IMG/VR virus record: IMGVR_UViG_3300027747_004417
Strand: one strand, 5' to 3'
Length of the DNA stretch: 64,000 nucleotides
DNA from: a virus
In this document: positions 55,479 through 63,340 of the stretch, piece by piece
How the letters are laid out: the number at the start of each line of letters is the position of its first letter
Position numbering within the stretch: position 1 is the stretch's first letter
Position numbers and translations under genes: made by a program
Notes under the pieces: generated by a model
The model's database searches: none
The model's input: only the letters and a program-made list of their open reading frames with translations
Told to the model about the DNA's origin: nothing

Positions 55479-56530
55479 TTAGTTCCTCTGCATATTTCTT
55501 TGCCTATAGATATAAGAGCCTCTTTATCTAAATTCCCAAATCCTACTTCTTCAACATATTTTTCAAGCATTTCGTCCCCCTTTAATAGGATAGACTTTGC
55601 ATTTTGTATTATATGTTGCTCTATTTCGTGCTTCTTCTGTTTTATTTCTAGGCTGAATGGTTTGCACTCTTGAAGTATTTCCTTCTTCAATGCAAGCAAG
55701 TCAGCAGATCCTGCTTCTTCTACTTTTATTTGTACAAAGTTGTTGTTAAGCTCATAGTTTTTGCATTCTTTTAGGTCCAATATCAAATGCTTTGGAGAAA
55801 AATCATTCTCAATATATTGCAATTCATTTTTATCCCCATCAAATATTATTATGTGTTTTTTTTGAAATGCTTCCCCAAAACTTAGTTCTAATGGAGAGCC
55901 AACATATTCAACTTTTTTATTTACTTTCTGTTCTGCATGATAATGCCCCAGAAACGTACGTTTGTATCCATCGAATATTGATGGACTTATGGTTACCATT
56001 TCTCCATCATGCTCAACACTAACATCGGAGTATTGGTTATTGTGTAGAATTGCCCCGTCTATTGCTAAGTGCCCTAGAGAGTACTCTTCTTCTCCCTCTT
56101 TGCTCTTGAGCTTGTTGATTGATTCTATTGGGTTGTGCGTGAACGGTATAAAGTCCCAATTATGGTCCTCAATCTTTATCCTTTGAGGATCTTTTATCAC
56201 CGTAACGCCCGGAAGAGCAGATAAGGGCAAAACACTGCTAACATCAGTGTTGTCATTGAACCATATGTCATGGTTTCCCAAAAGTAGAAATAGCTCTATT
56301 CCTGATTGGTCTAATTCATCTCTTAATATTTCAAAAGTTTTTTGGTAGGTATATATTTCAATTTTTTGTCTATCATGAAAAAAGTCACCACCAAAAAGTA
56401 TTGTCTTTATCTTTTCTTTTTTTGCTGTTTTAAAAACCCATTGAAGAACTTTTAAACAGTCTTCGAGCCTTTCATTTTTCCTCTTATGGGGGAAAATATG
56501 AATATCTGAAAATATCAGGACTTTTCCCAC
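55475..56530 (-). CDS. sbcD: SbcD/Mre11/gp47-like nuclease
   Basis: SDIH, GGDFFH, GNHD, GHL, GHYH, VGSP; GTG start. Confidence 0.92.
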   Translation of the reverse strand: MGKVLIFSDIHIFPHKRKNERLEDCLKVLQWVFKTAKKEKIKTILFGGDFFHDRQKIEIYTYQKTFEILRDELDQSGIELFLLLGNHDIWFNDNTDVSSVLPLSALPGVTVIKDPQRIKIEDHNWDFIPFTHNPIESINKLKSKEGEEEYSLGHLAIDGAILHNNQYSDVSVEHDGEMVTISPSIFDGYKRTFLGHYHAEQKVNKKVEYVGSPLELSFGEAFQKKHIIIFDGDKNELQYIENDFSPKHLILDLKECKNYELNNNFVQIKVEEAGSADLLALKKEILQECKPFSLEIKQKKHEIEQHIIQNAKSILLKGDEMLEKYVEEVGFGNLDKEALISIGKEICRGTK

Positions 56531-56580
56531 TTGATGACTCCGTAAATGGAGCTTATATTATGCACAACTTTTATTTTAAA

Positions 56581-56916
56581 TCAAGTTCCAAGTACTTTTT
56601 CTAATACGTCCCAAACGTTATAGGCTTTAAGTTTCATCGAAGGAGCATTTCCCGATGGGCTTCCTCCGCCTGCTCCGCCCATTGGATCTCCCATAGGGCC
56701 TCCTAAAGATGGTGGTGGACCTCCTCCACCTCCTCCCGGCATAGGTGCAGATATTCCTCCTGGTGGCCCTCCTGGTGCTCCTCCTGGTCCTGGTGGTGGC
56801 CCTCCTGGTGCTCCTCCTGGTCCTGGTGGTGGTCCTCCTGGCGGTCCTCCTGGTGGCGGTGGGGCATCAGCCTCCAGCAAGCTTTTAAATTCGATGTATT
56901 CCATGAAGCTTTTCAT
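56581..56916 (-). CDS. Gly/Pro-rich small protein with CTS-like N-terminus
   Basis: MKSFMEYIEFKSLLEAD then PPPPGGPPGG repeats; start 56916 preferred over 56940. Confidence 0.75.
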   Translation of the reverse strand: MKSFMEYIEFKSLLEADAPPPPGGPPGGPPPGPGGAPGGPPPGPGGAPGGPPGGISAPMPGGGGGGPPPSLGGPMGDPMGGAGGGSPSGNAPSMKLKAYNVWDVLEKVLGT

Positions 56917-56978
56917 GATACTATCTAGTATTTTCACCATTATTTATTCTATTTTTGTTCTGAATCCAATAGATACCT

Positions 56979-57128
56979 ATGAAAAGAAAAGAGAGAGAAG
57001 AGACGGACACTCAAAAGAAACTAGCGGTTTTTTTGACGTTAAGGAAGATGTCAAACCAATCCCAAATTGGTAGGTTAAACTGCTTTAGACAGAATAACGA
57101 GAAAAAGGTTGCCAACTGGCTAAACTAA
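56979..57128 (+). CDS. Possible 49-aa basic peptide
   Basis: Open frame MKRKEREETDTQKK... in an intergenic gap; no RBS. Confidence 0.3.
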   Translation: MKRKEREETDTQKKLAVFLTLRKMSNQSQIGRLNCFRQNNEKKVANWLN

Positions 57129-57252
57129 ATTTTGGAAATGCCTTTTCTTTAAGCATAGGACTAAAGGTCTATTAATGAAATAGGCTGGTTCCTTAATTCG
57201 AATGTTGAATAGACCTGAGTGGGTAGATAGAATACACCCACTCAGGTTTTTT

Positions 57253-57990
57253 ATGAAGATATCTTTTTGCACAACGTGTAAGGACAGGCTTTATCATCTT
57301 AAACAGACCTTGCCTTTTAATCTCTTAAATACATCTGACCTTGACAGAGAATTTGTTATAATGGACTATAACAGCGAGGATGGGCTTTACGATTGGGCAA
57401 AAGAGCATCTTTCTTGTTGGGAAAAATGGGGAATAGTAAAATACTTAAGAACTCGTCAGCCAAAGTACTTTTCTGCTGCCCACGCAAAAAACATTGCACA
57501 TAAAAACGCCACTGGTGACGTTTTGTGTAACCTAGATTGTGACAATTTTGTTACCCGTGGGTTTTGTGAACTTATTCTGAAAGTGTTCAGCCAAAAGCCA
57601 TCTATTCTTTCTTCTTACAGTCTAGACATTTTCGGAAACCATGGGTGCTGTGGTAAAATTGCTGTTACAAGAGAAATATTCTATAGTGTAAATGGATACG
57701 ATGAGCAAGAATCTGTAAATTTAGGATGGGGTTGGGACGATGTAAGTTTTAGATACAGGGCCGAGATGCATAACAATATTAAGCCTATTTATAGCGATAT
57801 TAGACACAACATGGTCATAGGGCATAATGACTCTGTTAGAACTAAAAACTTCCTAAACAAGGATATAAAAAGATCAGCTAGAATAAGCGAAGAGGGCATT
57901 ATAGGCTTTATTAAAAAGGGCAACTATGTTGCTAATCTCAATAAAGAATGGGGTGTTGCTAAAGATTTAAAAACGGGGTTAAACTCATAA
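57253..57990 (+). CDS. GT2/GT7-type (galactosyltransferase-like) glycosyltransferase
   Basis: ISFCTT, IMDYNS, AKNIA, NLDCDNF, GYDE...GWGWDD. Confidence 0.85.
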   Translation: MKISFCTTCKDRLYHLKQTLPFNLLNTSDLDREFVIMDYNSEDGLYDWAKEHLSCWEKWGIVKYLRTRQPKYFSAAHAKNIAHKNATGDVLCNLDCDNFVTRGFCELILKVFSQKPSILSSYSLDIFGNHGCCGKIAVTREIFYSVNGYDEQESVNLGWGWDDVSFRYRAEMHNNIKPIYSDIRHNMVIGHNDSVRTKNFLNKDIKRSARISEEGIIGFIKKGNYVANLNKEWGVAKDLKTGLNS

Positions 57991-57998
57991 ATATTATT

Positions 57999-58385
57999 AT
58001 GAGCTTTAAAGAATGGGCAGAAAATAGGCTGAAGGTGGAATTCCAAGCACCATTGCAACCACTAAAGAAGTGGAGTGCCAGCAAGGAAGATATACTAAAA
58101 ATGTGGAAGAGTTTGAGCCCTTCTTCCCCAATACTAGTTTCTCCTATCGATGTTGAACATAAAGGTTCTACCTATGGTGAAGACGGTATTAGAATAACAG
58201 GTAGCCCACAGTTCATATATTCAGTTCTATCTAAACTGAAGCCATTTTTAGATTACGAAAATCCGCGAACAAAATTAGCCGTTTCTTATAGAGAGACGCA
58301 GTCGCCCAGCCAGTTAGAAAAAGGCAATCTAAAGAAGTCCTATGTCTTTTATGTGCAGGTCAAGCAAAGAGATGGTTCTAAATAA
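57999..58385 (+). CDS. Hypothetical protein with CTS-like N-terminus
   Basis: MSFKEWAE. Confidence 0.7.
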   Translation: MSFKEWAENRLKVEFQAPLQPLKKWSASKEDILKMWKSLSPSSPILVSPIDVEHKGSTYGEDGIRITGSPQFIYSVLSKLKPFLDYENPRTKLAVSYRETQSPSQLEKGNLKKSYVFYVQVKQRDGSK

Positions 58386-58393
58386 GCATAGTA

Positions 58394-59116
58394 CTATTTG
58401 AACTTAATTTTGATAAGTTCTTCTACATTTCTTTCAAATTCTATTTGCTTCCCGATTACTGTTAGCTCTCCTCTCCATAGCACTCCGCTAATTGGGTACC
58501 AAACATAATTGTATAAATATACTTCTGCCTTTGGATGCAATTTCCTAAACCTTTCATCCATAGCGTCTTCTATTTGCAAGCTTGTATTTATATTTAGATC
58601 TTGAGGCTTTGGCGGCATAATAACGCTTTCAAAAATCTCATGCTTCCAGAAACTAGCTTGTTGATTGAATCTCCATTTGCTTTTTTCGGAATATCTTAAT
58701 ATCTTTTTTCCTTCAAATTCAAAGTTTGTATTTTCAAGATCGTAAAAGTGGGGCTGATAGGATGTAATCTTTAACGAATCCCAATTATTCTTTTTGAAGA
58801 TTTCGAACAATCCTAAAAACATTTCTTTTGTCATTGGAGAGGTGGGCCAAAAATCCTCCAGCATGTAAAAAATGTATTTGTAGCTTTTTAAATCTGAGAA
58901 TATTTTTGACATCATTTCCGAATGACTAAGGCGACCAGTTTTAAGCTGCTCGTATTTTTTATTTGGAAGTTCTACTTCTTTTTCTTCATTGCAAAAAAAT
59001 ATTTTCCAAGGTATATCATAGTCCCAATATCTGTTCATGGACCAGAACAGACCAGGCCAGCTTGTGTGGTATTTATCACAGGTTTGTATTACAATACAGC
59101 CTTCTTCTGCTTCCAC
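58394..59116 (-). CDS. Glycosyltransferase-like protein
   Basis: VIQTCDKY, IFYMLEDFW, QASFWK; AAGGAG RBS before GTG 59116 (track start 59185). Confidence 0.55.
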   Translation of the reverse strand: MEAEEGCIVIQTCDKYHTSWPGLFWSMNRYWDYDIPWKIFFCNEEKEVELPNKKYEQLKTGRLSHSEMMSKIFSDLKSYKYIFYMLEDFWPTSPMTKEMFLGLFEIFKKNNWDSLKITSYQPHFYDLENTNFEFEGKKILRYSEKSKWRFNQQASFWKHEIFESVIMPPKPQDLNINTSLQIEDAMDERFRKLHPKAEVYLYNYVWYPISGVLWRGELTVIGKQIEFERNVEELIKIKFK

Positions 59117-59135
59117 TGGAGTTCTCCTTGTTTCT

Positions 59136-60221
59136 ATGTCTTCTTTAACCCAAGAACAAAAAGACGTTATCAAAGGAATTGTCAATAATATTGATGATAG
59201 GCCTTTTGTGACTCTAGGTGGCTACGCTGGAACCGGCAAGTCTACAATAATTAGAGTTATATCTGAAGTTTTTTCCAAAAAAGGCCTGTTCTTTCTTCCT
59301 TGTGCGTATACAGGTAAAGCAGCAAACGTTTTAAGAAAAAAAGGAATTAATGCTTCAACCATCCATAGTTGTATTTACAAGGCCTATAAAGATGAGTCTG
59401 GAGAAACTTTTTGGAGCTTAATAGACAAAAAAGATCTTTCTGGCGTGGATGGTTTTATCGTTGATGAATCTTCCATGGTTAGCAAAGAAATTCATTCTGA
59501 TCTTTGTTCTTTTGGTTTGCCAGTAATTTATGTTGGAGACCACGGACAGCTAGAGCCGATAGGCACAGACTTTAACCTGATGAAGAATCCTGACTATTGT
59601 TTGGAAACCGTTCATAGAAACGCTGGTGAGATAGCTCACTTTGCCGAGCATCTTCGCAAAGGGATGAACCCTCTCCTGTTCGATTCAAAAGAGAAGGTAC
59701 AAATAGTACAATCCGCAGCTGTTGAGGACAAGCACTTGAATATGGTAGATCAAGTCATATGTGCCTACAACAAAACAAGAGTAGAATTAAACAGCAGGGC
59801 AAGATTAGATAAAAAGATAGAGTACAGCTACATTTCCGTTGGAGAGAAGATTATCTGTCTTAGGAACAATAAGAGCCAAGGTTTGTTTAATGGTATGCAA
59901 GGTATAGTTTCTAAGGTGAAGAAGAACTGTAGGATAGACTTTATATCGGATAATACTTATTTTGAAAATATATTATACAACCCAGATCAATTCGGACAGG
60001 AAACAAATTGCTTTGATTTCAACGATCCTGTTAACCCATTTGATTATGCCTATTGTATAACATGTCACAAAGCACAAGGAGATCAGTTTAATAATCTAAT
60101 TGTTTTTGAGCAAAAATGTAACAAGTGGAGTCATTCTAGATGGGCATACACCGCAGCATCTAGAGCCGTTAAAAGCTTAATATGGGTTGCCGCTGATTCC
60201 TTCTTGCCCAATTACGTTTAA
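59136..60221 (+). CDS. RecD/Dda-like SF1B helicase
   Basis: GGYAGTGKS, IVDESSMV, GDHGQLEP, TVHR, ITCHKAQG, YTAASRA; start 59136. Confidence 0.88.
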   Translation: MSSLTQEQKDVIKGIVNNIDDRPFVTLGGYAGTGKSTIIRVISEVFSKKGLFFLPCAYTGKAANVLRKKGINASTIHSCIYKAYKDESGETFWSLIDKKDLSGVDGFIVDESSMVSKEIHSDLCSFGLPVIYVGDHGQLEPIGTDFNLMKNPDYCLETVHRNAGEIAHFAEHLRKGMNPLLFDSKEKVQIVQSAAVEDKHLNMVDQVICAYNKTRVELNSRARLDKKIEYSYISVGEKIICLRNNKSQGLFNGMQGIVSKVKKNCRIDFISDNTYFENILYNPDQFGQETNCFDFNDPVNPFDYAYCITCHKAQGDQFNNLIVFEQKCNKWSHSRWAYTAASRAVKSLIWVAADSFLPNYV

Positions 60222-60613
60222 TTATTAACCCAAAAGATGAAGTCATTTTTTTCTTCATCGAATCCTGTTTCGATAAGTCCCTCAGAAACCAACTCCATTA
60301 GAATATTGCTTATTATTCTTCTATTGAGTTGATCCAGCATTCTTTTAAAGTTTCTATGAGATACAGTGTACTCTTCTTGTCCAACACTATTGATTACTGT
60401 TTTTAGTATTGGTTTGATTATGTTCTTTGCTTCTTGAATAGTTAATTTTTCTTCTATTTTTTCTCTTTTAGTTTTCATCAACTCGTCAAATTTAGATATT
60501 TCTTTTGGTAGTTTTGCATCGTTTTCATAAAAGTTTTCTAAAATTATTGACCTAATGCTTTCTACAAATTCATCAACATTTGTTATTTCATACACTCTTT
60601 GTCTTTTCATCAC
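60218..60613 (-). CDS. Hypothetical protein, possible winged-helix C-terminus
   Basis: ILMELVSEGLIETGFD; AGGAGGG RBS. Confidence 0.65.
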   Translation of the reverse strand: MMKRQRVYEITNVDEFVESIRSIILENFYENDAKLPKEISKFDELMKTKREKIEEKLTIQEAKNIIKPILKTVINSVGQEEYTVSHRNFKRMLDQLNRRIISNILMELVSEGLIETGFDEEKNDFIFWVNN

Positions 60614-61446
60614 TCTCCCTCCTTTTTATCTTTTTCTTTAAACTTTTTCACAAGCATAGCGGCCATAGTTTCAAAAACTAATTCGTTTTCTTCCCAAGAA
60701 TTGTTTTTTTCATCCAAATAAACTAGCACATTTCCTTTTCTGATACTAGCTTTTTTTACTTTTATTCTGTGCAAAACGCCTTTTTCGGCCATTTTTCTAG
60801 AGAATAATTTTGATTTGCTCCAATCAACATTTTTCTTCCTTCTTCCCAAAGAGTCTACAGATACTATGGACCTTTCTTTAGGACTTTTCTTCATGTTTGC
60901 TTCGTACCAACCAAAGAATGACTGTGGATCTGTAGTAAGTTCCTGCTCCTCCCAGTATCTTCCTAAAGTGTCTTCGTAAATTATGCTGTAGTATGATCCT
61001 TCCCAAACTTTATATGGTGAACCTACGACTTGTGAGCTTGAATTAACTGACTGTACTTTCTGTATCATTACATTTTTAATCGCTACTTTTTCTAACCTTT
61101 TATTTTTTGCTTCATCTACAACGTACAAAATTGTTCCTAAACTATAGAGGTAAAGATAGTCAAGTGTTTGTGCTCCAAGCCTTTCTTTTGACGGTATACC
61201 ATACAGAACTAGAAGATCTGGGACTTTGAGGTTTCCAAAAGCTTCAAGGCTTAATATGCTTCCGTTTAATATTGACATTATTATTCTGTCAATTCTGAAG
61301 CCAGTACCTATTGCAAAGTCGCTGCTAAAGCTGTTGTTGAAAGAAAATTCTGGCGGCGAAACTCTAAGCTGCTTTATTTTTAAACAATTTAGCAGTCCCC
61401 CGAATGATTCTATTGTTGATATTGAGCCTAAGTTTATGCTAACCAT
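60610..61446 (-). CDS. Hypothetical protein
   Basis: 278 aa, coupled to the neighbour; internal repeated motif. Confidence 0.7.
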   Translation of the reverse strand: MVSINLGSISTIESFGGLLNCLKIKQLRVSPPEFSFNNSFSSDFAIGTGFRIDRIIMSILNGSILSLEAFGNLKVPDLLVLYGIPSKERLGAQTLDYLYLYSLGTILYVVDEAKNKRLEKVAIKNVMIQKVQSVNSSSQVVGSPYKVWEGSYYSIIYEDTLGRYWEEQELTTDPQSFFGWYEANMKKSPKERSIVSVDSLGRRKKNVDWSKSKLFSRKMAEKGVLHRIKVKKASIRKGNVLVYLDEKNNSWEENELVFETMAAMLVKKFKEKDKKEGE

Positions 61447-61454
61447 TGTAAGCT

Positions 61455-61859
61455 CTATAGCTTGAATAATTTATTAGCACCGCTGTCTATCTTAATAGTT
61501 ATCTCTGCTCCGCTGGTTGCAAATGGCAGACCAACCGCAGTGTCATAAAGAGCTATAAGTTGTGATGTGCTAGCGGTACCCGTGTCCTTATATAACAATA
61601 TATAACTAATAGTAGAGCCAGATGCGACAGCTCCGAAGCTCACATCAGCACAGTTTGCAACACCTGCACTGGTTGTTTTACTTGTAAGAGCTTGTGGAAT
61701 ACCGACTACGTTCGAAGAAACGCTACTGTAAAAGCTGTGATTAGCTAGATCTGGCGTGTACCCATCGGAAACAAGAACCATTTTAATTGTATCATTTGTA
61801 TAATCTATATCGCCATTTAAAAATGCATCCCGCCCAGTATCATATAGTGCGTTGGCCAT
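61455..61859 (-). CDS. Putative virion structural (tail/fibre-associated) protein
   Basis: MANALYDTGRDAFLNGDID...DTIKMVLV; resembles a common small phage structural family as recalled; AAGGAG RBS. Confidence 0.6.
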   Translation of the reverse strand: MANALYDTGRDAFLNGDIDYTNDTIKMVLVSDGYTPDLANHSFYSSVSSNVVGIPQALTSKTTSAGVANCADVSFGAVASGSTISYILLYKDTGTASTSQLIALYDTAVGLPFATSGAEITIKIDSGANKLFKL

Positions 61860-61896
61860 CTTCTCTCCTTTGCTCTAGCTAAGTATACGTTCTATA

Positions 61897-61904
61897 TATT
61901 TATA
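61897..61904 (-). promoter_or_regulatory. T4-type late promoter TATAAATA
   Basis: Exact TATAAATA on the minus strand about 40 nt upstream of the structural-like gene. Confidence 0.5.
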
Positions 61905-61975
61905 GCCTAATCCTTTATTTTTATTTGAATTTATTTGGTACTACGCTAATTTATGTTAGGTTTTGAGGGCCTAAA

Positions 61976-62215
61976 ATGTTTGAAGACTGTTATTTCTGGG
62001 TAGATGACTCGGTGGCTGAAGAAGACAGAAATATGAGTGTTCTTTGTCTTAAATGCCGGGACGAGAAAATGCCTGATGTAGGTTGGTTGTGGAAGGGTTC
62101 GTTTTTTGGTTACGGTCCCTTTGATTTTATTTGCTCTTTATGTGGCCATGTAGTTTACTCCCCTAATCATAATGAAAAAGAAGACAAAAAAGAAAACGAA
62201 ACAGAACCCAACTAA
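61976..62215 (+). CDS. Small Zn-binding protein
   Basis: CLKC ... CSLC. Confidence 0.65.
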   Translation: MFEDCYFWVDDSVAEEDRNMSVLCLKCRDEKMPDVGWLWKGSFFGYGPFDFICSLCGHVVYSPNHNEKEDKKENETEPN

Positions 62216-62957
62216 ACCTGTATTAAGGTCTTACTTAAAAAGAGTTGGATTCTTAAAATGGGTGGTTTCTCATTTTCCTGATAACTATAAGGAGCTCACG
62301 TATCTTGAGCCTTATTGTGGTGGTCTAGGCACAGTCTTAAACAAAGACATGTCTTTTGTAGAGATTCTAACAGACCCGGATTTGAACATACTAGAGGTTT
62401 ATAGATCTTTGAGGAATGAGCCCAAAGAGTTTATAAAAAGGGTCAATAGGTATAAATTTTGTGAGGAGACCTTTTGCAAGGTACAGAAATCATCACAATT
62501 GAACAAAGAAGACTACTTGGACTCTTCTGTAGAAGAATTTCTTCTTAGAAGTATGAGCAAACTGGAGCAAAAATTGAAGTTTTCTAAGGTAAATTTCAAT
62601 TTTTGGAAGTCTAGCGTTAAAAATCTTCCTTTATTCTCTTCAAGAATAAAAGAGGTTTTCATAGTCAACAGTAGCCCTCTAAGCATCATAAAAGACTTTG
62701 ATTTCAAAGAAACTTTACTTTTTTGCGATCCACCTCATCTTTATGAAACAAAAAAGGGGAAAACCGTATACAATTCCGAAATTCCAGTTAATGAGCATAT
62801 CGATTTATCCCATCTTTTGAATTCTTTTAAAGGAAAGGTCTTGCTAACAGGAGTCACCTCCCCATTGTACTCCAGATTATATAAAAACTGGACTATTGTT
62901 AAAAGCAAGTACAAGAATAAATTAGGCAAAACAGAAGTAATATGGAAGAATTTTTAA
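62172..62957 (+). CDS. dam: Dam-family DNA adenine methyltransferase-like protein
   Basis: YLEPYCGG motif I; FCDPPH at motif IV (canonical DPPY). Confidence 0.75.
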   Translation: MKKKTKKKTKQNPTKPVLRSYLKRVGFLKWVVSHFPDNYKELTYLEPYCGGLGTVLNKDMSFVEILTDPDLNILEVYRSLRNEPKEFIKRVNRYKFCEETFCKVQKSSQLNKEDYLDSSVEEFLLRSMSKLEQKLKFSKVNFNFWKSSVKNLPLFSSRIKEVFIVNSSPLSIIKDFDFKETLLFCDPPHLYETKKGKTVYNSEIPVNEHIDLSHLLNSFKGKVLLTGVTSPLYSRLYKNWTIVKSKYKNKLGKTEVIWKNF

Positions 62958-63046
62958 CTTCTTCATTCCTATCTGTTTTAACCAATCCTATGCATATATA
63001 TTTTAAATTAACCCCACATTGGGGTTAAATGCATTTAAGGGGTAAG

Positions 63047-63340
63047 ATGCTCTCTTTCGAAGATTTTTTAAGCAATATTAATGAAAACTCCCACGAAAGT
63101 GGCGCCATAAAAGCTATAAGAAATGGAATTGGTATTAACAAAAACTTCTGGGAAGATTTTCTACTTCTTCTAAACAATGCTGAAGCCGTTTCTAGTTTAT
63201 TAGATGTGCCTGTTGAAAAGATTGGAACATGGCATGATTCTATCAAAAAAGCCATGGATGATGTTCATAAGGCTGATGGAGAAATAATCCCTAGAGACAA
63301 AAAGAAACTGTTAAAAACTGGTTTACCGGAGGATTTATGA
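63047..63340 (+). CDS. Hypothetical protein with CTS-like N-terminus
   Basis: MLSFEDFLSNINE; AAGGGG RBS before ATG 63047. Confidence 0.7.
   Translation: MLSFEDFLSNINENSHESGAIKAIRNGIGINKNFWEDFLLLLNNAEAVSSLLDVPVEKIGTWHDSIKKAMDDVHKADGEIIPRDKKKLLKTGLPEDL

Noticed and set aside
56581-56916. Collagen-like protein
   Set aside because: Gly is not strictly every third residue (PPGG units), so a triple helix is not supported
59037-59185. Apparent 150-bp head-to-head overlap of the GT-like and RecD-like genes
   Set aside because: Disappears when starts are moved to GTG 59116 (with AAGGAG) and ATG 59136
63008-63028. ttaacccc-acatt-ggggttaa hairpin as a second IS end
   Set aside because: Lacks the TTTA/TAAA loop and TCAC/TCAA end; more likely a weak terminator or operator, not supported enough to call
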